64,000 bases of DNA, taken from assembly GCF_018977255.1 (NCBI RefSeq), contig NW_024704743.1, forward strand, positions 48,734,001-48,798,000. The letters are read 5' to 3'. Position numbers and translations under genes: made by a program. This document shows positions 61,830 through 64,000 of this stretch, piece by piece. This DNA comes from Callorhinchus milii (lineage: Eukaryota). Numbering within the stretch: position 1 is the stretch's first letter; each line of letters starts with the position of its first letter. The notes beneath the pieces are model-generated. The model was not told the DNA's origin. It searched no databases and worked only from the letters and a program-made list of their open reading frames with translations.

Positions 61830-62748
61830 CTAGGTGTGCCCATTGCAGCCCTGCTTGCAACCAAAGGAACCAATATGAAATGTAGATATAATAATAATAA
61901 TCCTTGCATTTGATATAGCTTTTTTCATGTCTTCTAGACGTCTCAAGGTGCTTCACAGAATATACTGTAAAGTGAATTAACTGTATATTTGTGGGCAAAA
62001 TGATATATGTCTATGTATATGCATAGAAAAAGATATAGTGATAGCACTCACAAACCATTTAACATGCGATAAACACTGTGTGTACACCTTAAGCAAAACT
62101 GCCATACATGTACAATGAGCTTGTTTGGGTCACAGCTCATGAACGATAGAAGATGTTATCAAAGCTATGCTAACCAAGGGGTTTATTGTGTGATCCAGCA
62201 GGTCTTCAAGTTATTGCAAGGCTTCTGTGGAGTAAGGAGGTCGGAGAGGTAGCTTTTCCTCCTTCGGCCATGATGTACAGGTTTTGAGATGAACCTACAT
62301 GTGAGCATCCAACATAGAATTGTCCCTGGGAAAAGCAGGGTGTACTCAAGAAAAGGCCAGCAACCTTTAAGTTCTGCCCCTGGGCCTTGTTAATTGACAC
62401 AGCAAAGCAAAGCACATTCAAACAGGGTATTGGAACCTTTTGAACTCAAACCGGCAGTCACTTGGGAGCAGTGGGATGCGAGGACTGAATACATCTTCCC
62501 CTTTGAACTGATCAGTTAGAATAGTTGCTTCTATAACATGTGGCATCAACTGCTTTACCACCAACCTTGTGCCATTGCATAGCTTCAGTGTATGTAACTT
62601 CCTCAGTAGCATGATTATGCATCCAACCTTTAGTATGAGTTTGTGTGGAGGCATAACGATCGGATGGTTCCAAAGAGTTTAAACACTCAGTTGGATAGTT
62701 GACAGCATTTTTGATGTCAGGAACAATATCTTTGGACGTGTACACAGT
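61830..62748 (-). mobile_element. Helitron remnant: PIF1-like helicase C-terminus plus 3' terminus
   Basis: Frameshifted YPTECLNSLEP / PPHKLILKVG..IMLLR..LCNGTRLVV..PRIPL..FKRFQYPV / CFAVSINKAQGQNL..CFSQGQFYVGCS. A hairpin and CTAG|T end lie at 61830. Confidence 0.9.
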
Positions 62749-63079
62749 TTATTGTCCTTCTCTCTTTTGTCTGACATTTTTATTTGTCCTTGAAAGGCTT
62801 GACCTTCACTTCTTAGGCATCTTTATCCCTTAAGATTAAGAAAATGTGCTATTGCGAGGACTCCTGTTGGTAGGATCCTGTGGAAGGACTCTTGGTTGGG
62901 AGGACTCCTGTGGGAGGACTCTAGCTCCCATGACAACCCAAAACAATTGCCATACATTTGTTGCAGAATATATTGGTATAGATGTATCTTTCCAGAAGGA
63001 AGTGCGCTTTCCTCTGTCACTACTTTGTTGTAGAGTACCATGCATACCTCATATTTGGGGGCTTAATTAAAGCATTTTT

Positions 63080-64000
63080 TAAATATAGCTCATCAACGAT
63101 AGGATATCCACAAATAAAAACATATATAGGGTCTTAAATTTAAATAAAGTCAACTTCGCAGGTATGAGAGAAGATTTGGCTAAAATAGAATGGGAAATTA
63201 GATTTAAAAATATGACGGTAGACCAGCAATGGCAAACGTTTAAAGATATAATACATAATTCCCAGCAATCACATATTTTCTTGAAAAATAAAAATACCAT
63301 GGGAAAAATGGTTCAACTTTGGCTAACCAGAGAAGTTAGGGAAAGTATAAAATTAAAAGAAGAGGCCTATAATACTGTCGAAAAGAGCAGTAAACCTGAG
63401 TATAGGGAGGGCTTTAGAGATCAGCAAAAGGAAAACCAAGAAACTGTTTAAGAGGGAGAAAATGGAATATGAGGGTAAACTAGCTAGGAACATAAAGACA
63501 GATTGTAAGAGTATTTACAAGTACATAAAGAGGAAGAGACTATCAAAAGTGAATGTGGGTCCAGTGCAGGCAGAGACAGGAGAAATTATAATGGGGAATA
63601 AAGAAATGGCAGAGTCATTAAACAAATATTTCGCTTCTGTCTTTACGTTAGAGGTCACTGAAAACCTACTGAATATAGAGGGGAACCTGGAGGCTAATGT
63701 TAGTGAGGAACTTAAAGAAATGATACATCAGTAAAGCAACAGTACTAGAGAAATTCATGGATGATACGAAGCTAGGTGGAGTGTAAGCAGTGAGGATGAC
63801 ACAAGAAGAATGCAAAGGGAAATAGACAGGCTAGGTGAGTGGGCAAGAAGGTGGCAGATGGAGTATAACATGGGGAAGTGTGAAGTTATTCACCTAGATA
63901 ATAAAAATAGAAAAGTGGATTATTTTCTAGAGGGGGAGAGACTAGGTAGTGTTAGTGTTCAGAGGCCTTTGGGTATCCTTGTACACCAGTCACAAAAAGT
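63080..64000 (+). mobile_element. CR1 LINE ORF2 fragment with internal deletion, running off the window
   Basis: LNKVNFAGMREDLAKIEW, WLTREV, YEGKLARNIKTDCKSIYKYIK, MAESLNKYFASVFT, then DDTKLGG and WARRWQMEYNMGKCEVIHL. Confidence 0.93.

Noticed and set aside
62855..62925. Short tandem GGAGGACTCCTGTG-like repeats
   Set aside because: Three to four degenerate units with no further structure; treated as a trivial minisatellite.
47990..64000. Expected syntenic genes npvf or cycs downstream of promoter 2
   Set aside because: By eye I found no LPxRFG(R/K) or cytochrome c (CxxCH, GDVEKG) coding sequence. Small exons could have been missed.

Overview
Vertebrate genomic DNA, most likely from a cartilaginous fish (holocephalan-like, inferred only from the repeat content: L2 and CR1 LINEs and tRNA/Deu-domain SINEs with (TTA)n tails). 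No host protein-coding gene can be supported. The one confidently identified gene is the miR-148a hairpin at 8763-8827 (+), whose mature 3p arm UCAGUGCACUACAGAACUUUGU is the canonical miR-148a-3p. It lies just downstream of a CpG-island promoter (about 6150-8700) packed with C-rich and G-rich tandem repeats. The rest resembles an intergenic gene desert: many decayed LINEs and SINEs, a Helitron remnant with an apparently intact 3' terminus, candidate conserved non-coding elements and CTCF-like sites. A roughly 13 kb transposon-poor, CpG-retaining domain (about 40.3-53.3 kb) holds two similar CRE/CCAAT/GC-box/E-box promoters with no recognisable gene attached. Nearly all listed ORFs are transposon fragments or low-complexity artefacts. 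Boundaries of decayed repeats are approximate.
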